A DNA stretch of 64,000 nt from Mobula birostris (taxonomy: Eukaryota). Both the position numbers and the translations under genes were made by a program. The stretch lies in contig NC_092379.1 of assembly GCF_030028105.1 (NCBI RefSeq), positions 19,507,309 to 19,571,308 of the forward strand. The letters run 5' to 3'. The notes below the pieces were generated by a model that was given only the letters and a program-made list of their open reading frames with translations, was not told where the DNA came from and ran no database searches. Every line of letters begins with the position of its first letter. The first letter of the stretch is position 1. Below, in pieces: positions 11,350 through 25,303 of this stretch.

Positions 11350-14300
11350 CTCTCCCCCCACCAAATTTAGTCATGTCCTTCCTGCAAAACACAAAGTCCA
11401 ACCGGGCTGTAAAAGGCAGTGACATAGCTCCCCAAAGTGGTAGGGACACACTCTGCTCCCTGGTGCGACATAGGCCAGCCTATCCGGTGGGATCCTGATT
11501 TTTTGAGACCTCCATACCCCCTCACCTACCTCTTCATGTTCCAACAGTACTGGGGATACTTCTGGTCTACCTGGCGCGGCCTTCCCCGGTCTATCACTCC
11601 TGCTCTCCTGCAACTCGGACCCCTCTGTCACTTGGCCGAGTCCTGCTTCATCCCTTGCAGGGTCCCGCTGAACCCCCAGCTGTCCACGGATAGCACCCCA
11701 CCCGCCCGATTTCACCCGACTCAATGGGAGAAGGGTTGGAAATCTCTTCTTCAATCAGCAGGGAGTTAGCAAAAGATGGCATATACCACACCCCTATTTC
11801 CTCATCCTCCAAGTCTGTACCCCATTTAGGGGTGGGGGCCGGTCTAATCTCTCCTGCTGTTTGCCCTTCAGTCACCCAGCGATACCACAGAGTCCTCTTA
11901 CTATGTTTGGTCTCCAGGTTGGGCTCTGGGTCAACCCACACGTCTTATCCCAGGGGCAGAAGGAGGGTCTGATGGAGAATCTTGACCAGCCCATTCCCAT
12001 CCCCTGGTTTCACCTGGAAAACTGGTACATTTGCCACCTGGCTCTCCACTACATAGGGCATAGCCAGCCAGCGGTCAGCCAACTTATGCTTTTCAGGTAG
12101 CCCCCAATTCTTTATGAGGACTCAGTCTCCCGGCATGAGTTGCGAGATCCTCACCTTTTGACGATACCTCCTCTTATTTCCTTGATTCTGCTGGGCAGCC
12201 GGGACCCCAGCTAATTCATAAGCCCTTTTCAGCTCCCTTTTCATGTCAGACACATACTTCAAATAAGTCTTCGGTGGTAGGTCATCCTCGTCCACCCCAA
12301 AACAAAGGTCAATGAGCAACCTCACCTCGCGCCCAAACGTCAGATAGTATAGCAAGTACCCAGTAGTTTCATTTTGGGTACAGTTGTAGTAGTGGGCCGG
12401 ATGTCCAGTATGTTGACTCCACCTGCTCTTCTTGCTGGCCTTCAAGGTTCTGAGCATGTCTAGCAAGGTCGATTAAACCTCTCAGGCTGGGGACCACCCA
12501 GCGGGTGATAAGGAGTAGTCCTCGACTTTGCGACTCTGAGCATGCTCAGGAACTCATGGACGAGCCTACTCTCGAAATCCCATCCCTGATCACTATATAT
12601 CCCCCTGGGGAAGCCATAATAAATGAAATACTTTCCCATAACACTTTGGCCACCGTGGACACCCTCTGATCCTTGGTAGGGAAAGCCTGCACATATCTGA
12701 TGCAGTGATCCATGATGACTAAGACATTCGCCATGTTGCTGGCATCTGGCTCTATTGACAGGAAATCCATACCAACCAGGTCAAGGGGCCCCGCAATCTG
12801 CAGTTGGGACAAAGGAGCTGCCTCGTAGGCAGTGTCTTCCTCCGTATGCGTCGGATGTATGAATTGTAGTTTTCTTCAACCTCCAGCTTCATTTAAGGCC
12901 CGTAAAACCGATCTCTGAGCAATCCACAGGCCTTTTCAAACCCCAAATATCATGAAGTTACTTCAACACCATCCTCCTATACTTCTCAGGCAGAACCAGC
13001 TGGGAACGTCGAGGTCGTTCCGGAGGTGACATGACCTGGTACAGGATCCAGTTCCTCAACTCCAATCTGGGCCATGCTCTCAGTAATGGAGGCGCAGTGT
13101 GTTTCGTCTTCTCCACTTGGACCGGGTCTCCCTTTTCGACCGCTGACCAAATAGTACCGATGCCCGGGTCATCTCGCTGAGCAGCTGCCACTTCCCCAGG
13201 CCTCAATTCCGGTAACTGGTTTGTCTTCAGAGCCGTCAAGTGACAGTGAACTTGTGGAATGACACCATCAGAAGCTCCGATCGATCTACTGCTCGATCCT
13301 GCCTTCACTGCCATGGCAAACTGGCATATGGCTTTTACCCCTAGGGCAGGAACGCTCTCCCACTCCTCATCCCTGTCCAGACCTTCATGTGCACGTCGGG
13401 ACAAAGCATCAGCATCAATATTCCTACTTCCCAGCCGGTACTTCAGGCTGAAATCATCGGCAGACAACGCCACCAACCATCAATGGCCTGTGGCATCCAA
13501 TGTCGCCGAGGTTAGGAATAAGTTAGGGGATTGTTGTCCGTCCTCACCTCAAACTTGGCACCATAGAGGTAGTCAGTCAACTTATCAACAGGCCAGTTCA
13601 ACACTAGAAACTCCAACTTGTGCATGGGATAGTTTTTCTCAGAGGGTGACAGACTTTGGCTGACTAATGCAACAGGTCTCAACCTGGTGCCCTGATTTTG
13701 ATACAGGACTTCTCTGCTGGCATCTTTTCGAACTCGAAGAATCCCAGTGGACAAATAAATGCCGTCTTCTCTTTGTCAGCCTCACTCACGGGGATCTGGT
13801 AATATCCACTCCTCAAGTCCAGCACACTGAACCATTTAGCACCACTCAGACAGGCCAGCGCATCTTCGATCTCTGGGACCATATACTGGTCAGGGATGGT
13901 ACACCTATTCAGGGTCCTATAGTCCACACACATCCATACCTTTCTATTCTTCTTTCTGGCCACTACTATTGGGAATATATAGGGGCTTCTGGACTCAGTG
14001 ATGATCCCAGCTTCCTTCGACTTCCACAAGTGCTGCCGAACATCTTCCACCTCTGCAGGGGCCAGTTGCCGCGACCTTTCTCTGAACGGGGTGTCCTCGG
14101 TCACCCAGATACTGTGACGAGTACTCTTGGAACAACCCACATCAAACTGGTCAGTGGAAAAGACACCTTCCAGCTTTAACATCTTCTCTACCAACCTCCT
14201 CTTCCAACCTGCACATAGCAGGGAGATGACGAAGTTGAATGACTCAGCAGTCAACTTTCCCCCTTTTTCCAGTAGTTTCTCCCTGGCTTGTCACACAGGG

Positions 14301-15689
14301 ACTCTAGACATTACCGTCACCAGGAAAAGATGCACCAGGGCATCCCCCACTTGAAGGTGACCTCCCTCTTCGTAGTATTCCTGACAATCACTTCCATCCT
14401 GTTCACCTGTACAACCGAGGGCTTCTGCTGTTCTCAGCTCTGCCACAATCTCTACCACCCCCCGGGGCAGGCTATCCATGGTCACTTCACCACAGGGGAC
14501 CACTATTGAGGACTCTACCCTGCTGATGGAAGCCTCCCGTGCCTCTGACACATTCTCCTCCTCTTGTACTTCTCTGATCAGCTCAACAAACGCGGGGGGG
14601 TGGGGGCGCATCTTACGAGATAGTGAGAAACCTCAAGCGATCAGGTCCTGGGACTGGGCGCCCTTTGCTATCTGGTCCATTCTTAACTGATCCACCTCAG
14701 CCGCCTGAATTGCCCCTCTGCACTGCAAGCAATTTAGCTGCCTGTCTGGTCGAAAGATGTAGGCACAAAGCTCTCCCCCTTCTCCTGACACATGTTCTGA
14801 AACCCTGTTATGAGCTCCATTGGGCTTACTGTCATGCCAAATGCATTTTCCAGTGCTCGCATGTAAGTGGCAGTAGTGGCAAGGGGGTACTGGGACTTTA
14901 CGGCTCTCAAAACGTCAGCAGCCCACCCCCCTCAAACTTTCAACAAATCGCTGTTGTTTTATGTCATCAGGGCCCTGCCACTCATCTAACAACTGAGAGA
15001 TCTGCTTCGCCCAAGTCTCACACTTCTCTTCCCCTTTAGGGGTGGGCTTCATTCCTGAGAACAGGCGGAGCCTACCATAGCTGGGACTTTGGACCTGGGC
15101 ATTTTTCCATTTATTCGCCAGGGAGGTAAGGGCGGATACTAACTCAGTATTCTCACACTTCCCTGGAGGACAGGGACTCATTAGACATTCCAAATCAGAC
15201 CACTCCTTCCCCTCCCTAAGTAGAAATGAGAGAACCCTGTCTCTGAAGTTTCCTCCCCCAGCAACGGGAGACTGGACTTGCGCTTCGGCTGGCTCACCTA
15301 CACTCTCCTCCCACGGAAAGTATGGACAGTACATACTGCACCCCCCCCACCCCCTCCTGGGGCCCGAATAGGACCAGGCAGTCCTACTGTCGTTACGTCA
15401 GCGCTAATCTGAACTAAAACAAAGTCTGTGTCTGCCATTTTATTAAATCTCCACCCCACAATCGTAACTTTGCCTACCGCTTTAACAGTACTTAAAAGTG
15501 GAATAACAATTCATCAGGATTACGAATATCTGCCCCACCCAACACACACGCATTAGTTACCAGTAACCCCATGGATGAACACCACTGCTCAACCCCGGCA
15601 GCATCCATACTAGCACACACTTAAACACACAATCCACTGGTTCAATGCTCAGGGCAATCACACAGCCTCCAACAGAATCAATCCCGAGC

Positions 15690-16340
15690 AATAACCCCTC
15701 AGGTTCGGCCGGAGGCTTTAGTCTAGGGAAGACAGTCTCTGGCCCTGTCAAATGTGTGAAATCTGAGGTGCAAGACCAAAAATGCAAAAGAGCATGACTT
15801 CCTGACATTGTATTCCACCTATCACTTATTTGCCCATTCTCCTAATCTGTCCAAGTTTTTGTGTGGATGCTGCGTGATGTGTTCCCCTGTTACAGATCAG
15901 TACCATGAAATAACAGACAGTACATCATGTACAATTAAACAATTTAGCTTTATAATCTTAATTTGACTGGAGGGTTAGTAAAGGAAAACAAAAAGAAAAG
16001 GGCCCATTTTAATGAAACAGTCTAATGTGCAGCGTGGAGCTCACGGTTTCCTGTCCGTTAGTCCTCCATCGCTTCCGCCCCAGGCGTCGTCGACTCCCGG
16101 CCCCATTCCAAATCCACTCCCTCCTGCGGACTACAACCCCTTCATCCTGGTATCTTCTCTCTCCATCTTCCACTGAACAAGAGACCTCGAACCACTCGCT
16201 CTCAGGCACACAACAAGAAAAAAACACTCCCTTCATTCGACTGTGCAAATTCCAAAGCCCCCCTTATCTCTAGTCGTAACCCAAACACTGCTGCTACAGA
16301 ATGACCATATTAGCAGTGAAATCTTTCCCAGGACGTTACA
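15690..16340 (-). repeat. 5' LTR of the PNMA-like Gypsy (contains a 74-bp foreign insertion)
   Basis: Collinear with the 3' LTR apart from 15772-15860; the inner end and PBS are partly eroded. Confidence 0.88.
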
Positions 16341-16559
16341 GAATGTTAATCCCCACTGACTCTGGGTCGCATCATGCATATGCAGGTATCTGGAGTTGAA
16401 TGGTGAGTTTCTCTGTTTGCAATGGACTCCATTCCGCAGCTCCAAGAACACTATTGTTAGGGGTGCATTTTAAACTGAATCTACAATCCACATTCAGGTA
16501 TGAAGGCTGGTTGTTGTTGAAATTAGTATTTGAAATATAACAAAACTCCAGAATACACC

Positions 16560-17070
16560 CTAACAGCTCTCCACACTTCTACAAGGGGTGCTGTTGCAGG
16601 AAAGCAACATCTATCATCGAGCACATCCACCATCCAGGACATGCTCTCTTCTGACTGCTGCCATCAGGAAGAAGATACAGAATCCTTGTGTCCCAGACCA
16701 CCAGGTTCAGGAACACTTATTACCACTCAACCATCATGCTCTAGAACTAGGGTTAATAATTTCACTCACCCCAACACAGAACTGATTCCATAAGACCATA
16801 AGATATAGGAGTAGAATTAGGCCATGTAGTCCATCGAGTCTGCTTCACAACCAAGGGACTCACTGTCAAGGGCTCTACAGCTGATGTTCACAATATTATT
16901 TATATATTATTATTTTGATTTATTTTTCATATTTACACACTTTCTTGTATTTTGCACATTGGTTCTTTGCCCATCTTCATTGTGTGCACTAAGAAAATGA
17001 ATCTCAGTGTAGTATATAGTGACGTCAATGTGCTTTGGTAATAAATTTACTCTGAACTTTGTACTTTTGG
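16560..17070 (+). mobile_element. Rex1-type LINE 3' end, with a short CR1 3' end inserted at about 16790-16845
   Basis: HPGHALF.LLPSGRRY-like remnant; 3'UTR ending aataaatttactctgaacttt. Confidence 0.7.
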
Positions 17071-17219
17071 TGATGTGCTGATGCAGAGGGTGGAGGAGGA
17101 GAAAGAGATGGTGTTGGAGGCCAGGTAGATCAGGAGGCAGAAGGTAAGTGATAGAGGGGGAGCAGTTACTGGATGCTGAAGAATTTAATTTTAAGGCTGT
17201 CGAGGTGCAGGCTCCCCTA

Positions 17220-18570
17220 GAGAATATCAGCACACTCAGCACCCTATCGTTTACTGTGAAAGACTTTGCCTGGTTTGACCTCCCAAATTGGAACACTTCA
17301 TGCAGATTCATAGAGCATGGAAATAGAATTCTTGGCCCAAATGGTCAAATTGGACCAAGTTTCTTATCAAAGCTGCTCATTTGCCAGTGTATACCCAACA
17401 TCCCTCAAAAACAGTTGTTTCCAACCCTTTAATGCCATGGACCAATACTATTAAGCAAGGGATCCACGGAACCCAGGTTAGGAGTCCCTGCTCTAAGTCG
17501 TCCCTATCCACGTACCTGTCCAAGTGTTTGTTTGTTCAAATGTCTGCCTCACCCACTTCATCTGGCAGCTGTGCAGACCATCCTCTGGGTGAAAAAGTTG
17601 TTTCTTCTGTTCCTATTAAGTCACTTCTTCTCCCAAAGAGCATGACTTCCTGACATTGTATTCCACCTATCACTTATTTGCCCATTCTCCTAATCTGTCC
17701 AAGTTTTTTGTTGCCTCTCTACTTCCTGACAGCTTTCTTCCCCTCAACCTAAGATAAACTGGGTAATGATTTCTTTTCTTTAGCTTCTCTCCCTTCTTGA
17801 AGAGTGAAGTGACATATGCAATTCTCCACTATTCTGGAACCATTCCATAATCTAATGATTCTTGAAAGATCATTATTAATGCCTCTATAATCAATTCAGC
17901 CACCTCTTTCAGAACCCTGGGGTGTAGACCATCTGGTTCAGGTGACTTATGTACCTTCAGAACTTTCAGTTTCTCAAGAATCTTCTCTCTAATAATGGTG
18001 GCTTCACAAACATCATGACCCTTGACACCTGGAACTTTTACTATTCTGCTCGTGTCTTCCACAGTGAAGACTGATGAAATATATTTATTCAGTTCATCTG
18101 CCATTTCCTTGTCCCTCATTACTACCTTTCCAGCATCCTTTTCCAGTGGTCCGATATGACCTCTCACCTTTCTTTTACACTTCATGTATTTGAAGAAACT
18201 GTTGGTATCCTCATTAAATTTATTGGCTAGTTTACTTTCATATTCCACCTTTACCTTTTTACTGACTTTCTTAGTTGCCTTCTGTTGTTTCTTAAAAGCT
18301 TCCTAATCCTCTACCCAATTGCTGCTCAGGTATATGCCCTCTCTTTGGCTTTATGTTGGCCTTGACTTCCCTTGTTTGCCATGGCTGTGTCATCTTGCCT
18401 TTAGAATACTTTTTCCTTTCAGGGATGTATATATTCGGTGCCTTCTGAATTGCTTCCAGCTATTGCTGCTCTGCCATCATCCCTGCCAGTATTCTTTTCC
18501 AATCAATTCTGGCAATCAACTCCTCTCTCATGCCTCTGTAACTTCCTTTACTCCACTGTAATATTGATAT
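17220..18570 (-). mobile_element. Decayed CR1 fragments (several pieces)
   Basis: KSPEPDGLHPRVLKEVAELIIEALIMIFQESLDYGMVPE (17829-18248). Confidence 0.8.
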
Positions 18571-19380
18571 TGTCATGTATCCCATGACAGGTTAAAGATC
18601 CAGCAGAAATGGAAAACACTTTGGAGTCCAGTATTGCTATTAACTAATGGTATTTATTAGTAACTACGCAATACAGTAATATAAATGCAGATATATCAAA
18701 CAGGATTGCAATGATTATATCTAGGTAAGTGTGGAAATATATGAAAACCAAACTTCCTCAGGTCCAGGGGTAAATAGATAGTCTTATGATGATGAGTAAA
18801 GTTCAGTTCAGTTCATAGTCTTGAGTTGAGTAGTGATGGAGCGAGAGAGAGGGAGAAATTTGAGTCTTCAGGTGAGCTGACGCCGTCAATCTTCTCATTG
18901 TCCTCCGAAATCCTTTAGAAGTTACCGACTGTGACCACAACAAAGGGGACCATTCTTCTGTGGTGGAATTATCAACCCAAGCGAGGGTTGGGCACACAAA
19001 TAACTCCCCACCGGTCACTCCCTTTTCACACTGCGAGAGCCACTGATTGATCTGCCTGATTGATCCTCCAAAACCCACCTTTTCTGTGGGTACAACAAAG
19101 CTCATTCAGTGTCCAAAACCATGTGTCTTCAGGTCTAACAGTTGACCTTCTATTTATCTCACTGTGCTGAATACTAGCTGTCCATCAAGCAGCTCCTCCC
19201 TCCTCTCTCTGTAAGAACACAGAAGCTGCCAGTATCCTTGTAGAAAGTATAAACAAACTGTGAGTAGTCTTCGCCTCTCTCCCTCTTTCTTTCTCTTTTT
19301 AACAAGGTGTCTGGTGTTGAACAACTCTCTCTCTCTTTTCAAAAGCACAGTTCATTGGGGTAATTCAGGACCCTGTCACA
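18571..19380 (-). repeat. 3' LTR of the Gmr1-like element
   Basis: TGTCA...TCACA; about 90% identical to 30721-31515. Confidence 0.9.
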
Positions 19381-20304
19381 CCCCCTTCCTTTTAAAAAAA
19401 ATGATGCAGGCAAAATTTTTAGTTTAAATGTAAATTATAAAGTTGAAACAATACATATATATTCATCAGATAACAGAGCAAAAACGTGTACCATTTCTAA
19501 CTGAACATCTGGATAAACAATCAGCTATAATATTGTCTATACCGTTCACATGTTTGATTTTCAGATCATATTCTTGCAATATCAGACTCCAATTTAATAA
19601 CCTTCTATTCTTATCCTTCATCTTAGTTAGAAACACCAACGGATTGTGATCCGTGTAAACCACAAGTGGTCTCTGGGCAGGACAAACATAGACCTCAAAA
19701 TGTTGTAAAGCCAGAATAAGTGCTTGTAATTCCTTTTCAACAGTGGAATAATTTTTCTGGTGCCCATTAAATTTCTTTGAGAAATATGCTACTGGGTGTT
19801 CAATGTCATACACACCTTTCTGTAACAATACTGCCCCAGCAGCTTTGGCACTAATGTCTGTTGCTATAGAAAATGTCTTGGAAAAATCAGGTGCTTTGAG
19901 CACAGGATGATAACACAGGATGGTTTTCAGGTGATCAAATGCCTCCTGGCAAAGATCACTCCATACAAATCTTTCACTCTTCCCTAGGAGCTTTGTTAGG
20001 GGGAGAGTGATATCTGCAAAGTTCTTACAAAACTTATGATAATACCCAAACATTCTCAAAAACCTTCTCAAAGCTTTCTCGCCCGTCAGAATGGGAACCT
20101 CGGCAAAGCTTGAACCTTGGCCTGTATAGGAGCCATTTGGCCCTGGCCTACTACGTAGCCCAGATAAGTAACTGTGGCATGACCAAACTCACTTTTATCC
20201 AGGTTTACAGTAAGATTGGCTTTGGACAGCCTTTCAAACAATTTTTCAACAGCCACCATATGCTCTACCCACGTGTCATTCCAGACCACTAAATTATCTA
20301 TCGT

Positions 20305-23300
20305 GGTCCCTTCTGGCAATCCCCCACCTTGCCATTTGCCTCAAGAATTGAGCCTTAATTACCTCATTTAGATTTCAATCATTCCCAGGTTGCACTAACT
20401 ACATGCACCTGCTTCCCATCAGAAACGACAGGATAAATACCCTGTGACCACAGCAAGAAGCCGCCAGTTTGTTGGTTGACTCTTGAGAGAGTAAACCTTG
20501 TTTCCTATTCCTGAGAACTGTTAGTTCTAAGTTTTGCATTGTCTCCTGGATATCGGCTCCCCGTTCGCGATGGCGCTATGCCTAACAACTCTGCCTCAGC
20601 ATCTGTGTCCTGCACGTGGGTTCATCCCCAGCCACGCCTTTGCAACAGAATGAACTTACCAAGCATGAACCCAGTGGACATGGACCCCGTGCAACAGGCC
20701 CTGGCCAGCCAGGGCTATCTATTGGGCGCCCACGATCAACTACTTCAGGAGATCACAGAAAACCTTCAGACACTGTCCATGAATGTGCAGAAGGTCAGTG
20801 AACAAGCAGACCGGCTCTCTGCTTCTTTTCCTCTGTTCCCTCCAAGAACCCTGGCTACCCAAACCGCACCGCTTGGGATGGCTTCACCCCTGGAATCAGC
20901 AACGCCACCCCCTCGAGAGCCGTATGTACCCAAGCCCGAACCCTACGCCGGGGACCTAGGTAGGTGCCGGGCCTTCCTGTTACAATGCTCCCTAGTCTTT
21001 GAGCTGCAGCCACGTACCACACTTCTGATAAGTCAAAGATTGCGTACATCATGGGGCTGTTTCGAGGGGATGCCTTGGCTTGGGCAACTGTGATATGGGA
21101 CAACTGACTGGAGATTTGTACCTCCTACTCCTCCTTTGTCGCTAAACTGAGGAAAATATTTGAGTAATCCATTCGGGGTAAGGACGCCGTGAAACGGTTG
21201 CTTACTCTTCGTCAAGCTTCGCGAAGTGTGGCCAAGTATGCCATTGAGTTCCGGACCTTGGCCGCAGACTCCGGGTAGAATGACGAGGCCCTACGGGAGA
21301 TGTTCCGACAGGGCCTCTTGGACAAGATAAAGGATGAGTTGGCCGCGAGGGACGACACAGACAGTCTGGACTCGTTGGTATCGCTAGCCATTCAATTAGT
21401 TTATCGACTTCAGGAACGTCTGAGAGAAAAGCCCAGTCGCCCCACTCCTCGGGTCAGCCCACGTCCCACCTTACCATCTTCTATCAGCACTAACTTCTCT
21501 CTTCCCACTATTCCTGGCAGAGATTCCGCTCCTACTGGCCTGGCGAATCAAACGAACCTCCCTTCCACAACCCAGACTCCGATGCAGATCCCAGCAACCG
21601 TGAATTACCAACAACTGTCCCTGTCCCTATCCGCTTTGGTGGATTCCGGTGCTGAGGGCAATCTGCTGGACGAAGAGATAGCCACCCAGGCCGGAATACC
21701 TCGTGAGCCGCTAACCACCCCCCTGGAGGCCCGGGCCCTGGACTGAAAACTGCTGGCTCGGGTGACCCGCTGTACGCCGCCTCTGACCTTGATCCTATCC
21801 GGCAACCATCGGGAGGAGGTAAGATTCAGCCTCATTCATTCACCTCAAGCCCTGGTAGTTCTAGGGTATCCATGGCTGACCCAACACAATCCCCACATCA
21901 ACTGGTCTATCAGGAGGATAGCAAAATGGAGCCCGTCTTGCCATGCCAACTGTCTGTGGTCTGCCCCTTCCCCCAGAGAGGCTACCGCGACCCCGCCTGT
22001 GTTGGAACCCCTCGACTTGTCCCGCGTCCTCACAGAGTATCATGACTTGGGACAGGTGTTCAGTAAACAACGGGCCCTTCCCCTGCCTCTGCACCGCCCA
22101 TATGATTGTGCCATTGACCTTCTCCCCGGGGCCTCGCTACCCACCAGTCGCCTTTTTAACCTCCCCCGACCGGAGAGAGAGGCCATGGAGAAATATATGT
22201 TAGCGAGTCCCTCGCGACGGGCATTATTAGGCCTTCATCCTCCCCGGTAGGCGCCGGTTTCTTTTTTGTGGAAAAGGAGAACGGGACGCTTCGCCCTTGT
22301 ATCGACTACTGAGGCTTAAATAATATAACAGTTAAGAACAAGTTCCCTCTACCACTCATTAGTTCGGCTTTTGAGCCACTGCATGGAGCCACCATCTTTT
22401 TGAAGTTGGACCTTTGCAACGCCTACCATTTAGTCAGGATAAGGGAGGGGGACAAATGGAAGATGGCCTTCAATACACCTCTGTGTCACTTTGAATATTT
22501 GGTCGTGCCGTTTGGCCTCACTAATCTTCCCGCTGTTTTCCAAACTCTGATCAATGACATACTGAGGGACTTTATCAATCGATTCGTATTTGTTTACCTT
22601 GACGCTATCCTGATATTTTCTAGCAGCCCCCAAGAACACATACGCCATGTCTGTCAAGTCCTCCAGAGACTGTGGGGAAAACCAGTTACTTGCTAAGGCG
22701 GAGAAATGCGAGTTCCACATTCCTTTGGTCAGCTTCCTAGGCTATATCATTGAAAGCGGGCAGGTAAAAGCAGACCCCGAGAAGATCCGGGCAGTGGAAG
22801 AATGGCCTCGACCCACGACACGTAAACAACTTCAACGATTCCTAGGGTTTTCAAACTTCTATCGTAGATTCATCAGAAACTACAGTCGAGTGGCGGCACC
22901 CCTTACCCGGTTTACCTCGCCATTTTGCTGGGACTCCGAAGCAGACTCGGCATTCACTGACCTGAAGAGACGTTTCACCACCGCTCCCATTCTGGTCCAT
23001 CTAGACCCATCACATCAATTCATCATTGAGCTGGATGCCTCAGACTCTGAGGTAGGAGCAGTCCTGTCCCAATGATCAAGTTTGGAGGAAAAGCTTCACC
23101 CCTGCGCCTTCTATTCTCTCCGACTGTTCCCCACCGAGCGGAATTACGAAGTGGGAAATCAGGAACTGCTGGCGGTCAAACTAGCGCTGGAAGAGTGGAG
23201 GCACTGGCTGGAGGGGGCGGAACACCCGTTTGTGGTATGGACTGATCATAAGAACCTGGGGTATATTCAGACCGCCAAACGATTGAACTCCCGCCAGGCA

Positions 23301-24095
23301 CATTGGGCATTGTTTTTTGATCGGTTCAAGTTTACCCTCACATACTGTCCAGGATCCAAGAACGGGAAGCCGGATGCGCTAACCCGCCAGCATGACTCCA
23401 AGGATGACACCTCCAAGTCCCGAGACTATCCTCCCACCTTCCTGCATGGTTGCCACCCTCACTTGGGAGATCGAGGCTAAAGTAAAGGAAGCCCAGCGGG
23501 ATGACCCCGACCTGGGAAATGGACCCGGCGATCACCTGTACGTGCCCACCTCCATCAGGTCCCAGGTTATCCAATGGGGGCACACCTCCCGGTTCGCCTG
23601 CCACCCCGGGAGTGATCGGACGCTAGCTCTCCTGAGGAAGCACTTTTGGTGGCCGACCATGGAGGGGGACACCCGTTCTTATGTCTCAGCTTGTTCCATC
23701 TGTGCCTGGGGGAAGGTCTCTCATCGACCACCTGCGGGGCTACTTCATCCTCTACCTGTCCCTGGTCGTCCCTGGTCACACATCGCCTTAGACCTTGTCA
23801 CCGGTCTACCCCCTTCCTGCGGAAACACCACAGTCCTCACCGTGGTAGACGGCGATTCTCTAAGGCAGTGCACTTTGTGGTCCTCCCTAAACCCCCTTCC
23901 TCTCAGGAAACCGAAGATCTCCTTGTCCGCCACGTCTTCCGCCTCCTAGGAATCCCTGCTGACATTGTCTCTGTTTGAGGTTCCCAGTTTGTCTCGCAAA
24001 TATGGAAGGCCTTCTGCCAAGCCTTGGGCGCATCGGTCAGCCTGTCATCCGGCTTCCACCCCCAGACGAACGGGCAGACGGAACGGGCAAACCAA
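20305..24095 (+). mobile_element. Nested Ty3/Gypsy element (sushi/Tf2-like): partial 5' LTR, gag-PR-RT-RH, truncated in integrase
   Basis: Gag PEPYAGDLGRCRAFLLQC; PR ALVDSGAEGNL; [31 protein letters not shown]; [17 protein letters not shown]; [14 protein letters not shown]...[14 protein letters not shown]. Confidence 0.9.
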
Positions 24096-24111
24096 AACAT
24101 TATATTCACAC

Positions 24112-25303
24112 TGTCACAATGGTGGGGGCGTTGATGGTGGACCCAAATGCAAGACACAGGGACTGAAGTACTAGGAACAGGACAAGGATGCAGGACCTGG
24201 GCTAGGACATGGACAAGAAACAGGGGAACTGGACATGGAACTATGAACTAGGAGCCTGGGCTTGAACCCCAAGCCAGAGACTGGACAAGGACCCAGAACC
24301 TGGGTCTTGCCTCGGGCTCAGGCCCCAGAATCAGGCAAGGCAAGGACATGACATGACTGCAGGACTGGAGGCTGGGGTCTTGAGGCTTGAGCTTGGAGAC
24401 AGGCTCGGGGTCTTGGGTCGTGGGTCTAGGGTACTTTGAGGTTTGTGTATGGACTCCGAGCCAGAGACAGGGCAAGGATCCAGAACCTGGGACTTGACTC
24501 GGGCTTGGACTCCAGAACTAGGCGAAGACTCTGGCTCGGACTCCAGAACTAGGTGAGGACAAGATGAGGCTACAGGACTGGACATGGCTTGGGTGAGGAA
24601 TTCTTGGGTAGGGCGAGACACAAGGACAGGTAAAAGCACATGGACAGAACTCGGATAGGACTGGACTAGGCACGGACTGGACGAGGGCCTTCAGGAGCAC
24701 GGAGCCTTGGACTAGAAGAGACAGGAGCACAGAACACAGAGCCGGCAGCCCTCCTTGGGAATAGGACGTAGAGCCGGGACTCATACACAGAACGCTGAAC
24801 ATGAAGAGATAGATCCCAACAGAAGGTGGTGGCAAACGGCTGGACCCACCTAGCGAAGGTGTGGACACAGAGACAGTTCTCAACACTAGGTAGTGGCAAA
24901 CAGCCGGACCTGCCTAGTGAAGGCGTGGACATGGAGAGACAATTCCACACAACGAAAGACAGTCCCTTATCTTGACCTAACAATGTTCCGGTCTCGCTCC
25001 GGCGGTAAAACTTAAGCGATACAGGTGGGTTATACAGGTGGGGAATCCAGACTAGGTGAGCAGATAAAGAATCAGGCGAGGTATCCAGGCAGACAGTCAG
25101 GTGGGGGGTGGGGGGGGGCGGGTAAAGCAAGGAGGGGAACAGAACAGTCCAGCAGGGGATCCCTGATTTGCAGAGGTATTTATGTCTCAGCCGCAATACG
25201 AGAATCATGTGCCTACAACAGAAACTGGGGAGAAACCCTGGAATAAGGAACTATGGACCGGACCGTGAACTGGAATATGGACTTCACGGACTGGACCATG
25301 ACA
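24112..25303 (-). mobile_element. Solo LTR (~1.2 kb, internally repetitive) inserted in the Gmr1 RT
   Basis: TGTCA...TGACA termini; 5-bp TSD cacac/catac (one mismatch). Host RT codons GLY|EYNVL rejoin across it. Confidence 0.85.

Larger units (their letters stand above)
10777..16340 (-). mobile_element. Ty3/Gypsy LTR retrotransposon with PNMA-like gag; both LTRs present but decayed
   Basis: TG...CA LTRs, 4-bp TSD GAAT (10773-10776 and 16341-16344), PPT at 11350-11364. Gag YGRLRLFSGMKPTPKGEE; RT VLDLRSGYYQIP; RNase H SPSEKNYPMHKLEFL; integrase GPLDLVGMDFL. Order gag-RT-RH-INT, frameshifted. Confidence 0.93.

Noticed and set aside
24248-25208. Pro/Ser-rich ORFs and repeat-like units resembling an array
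   Set aside because: Degenerate internal repeats of a solo LTR; no constant repeat/unique spacer structure, so not CRISPR-like.
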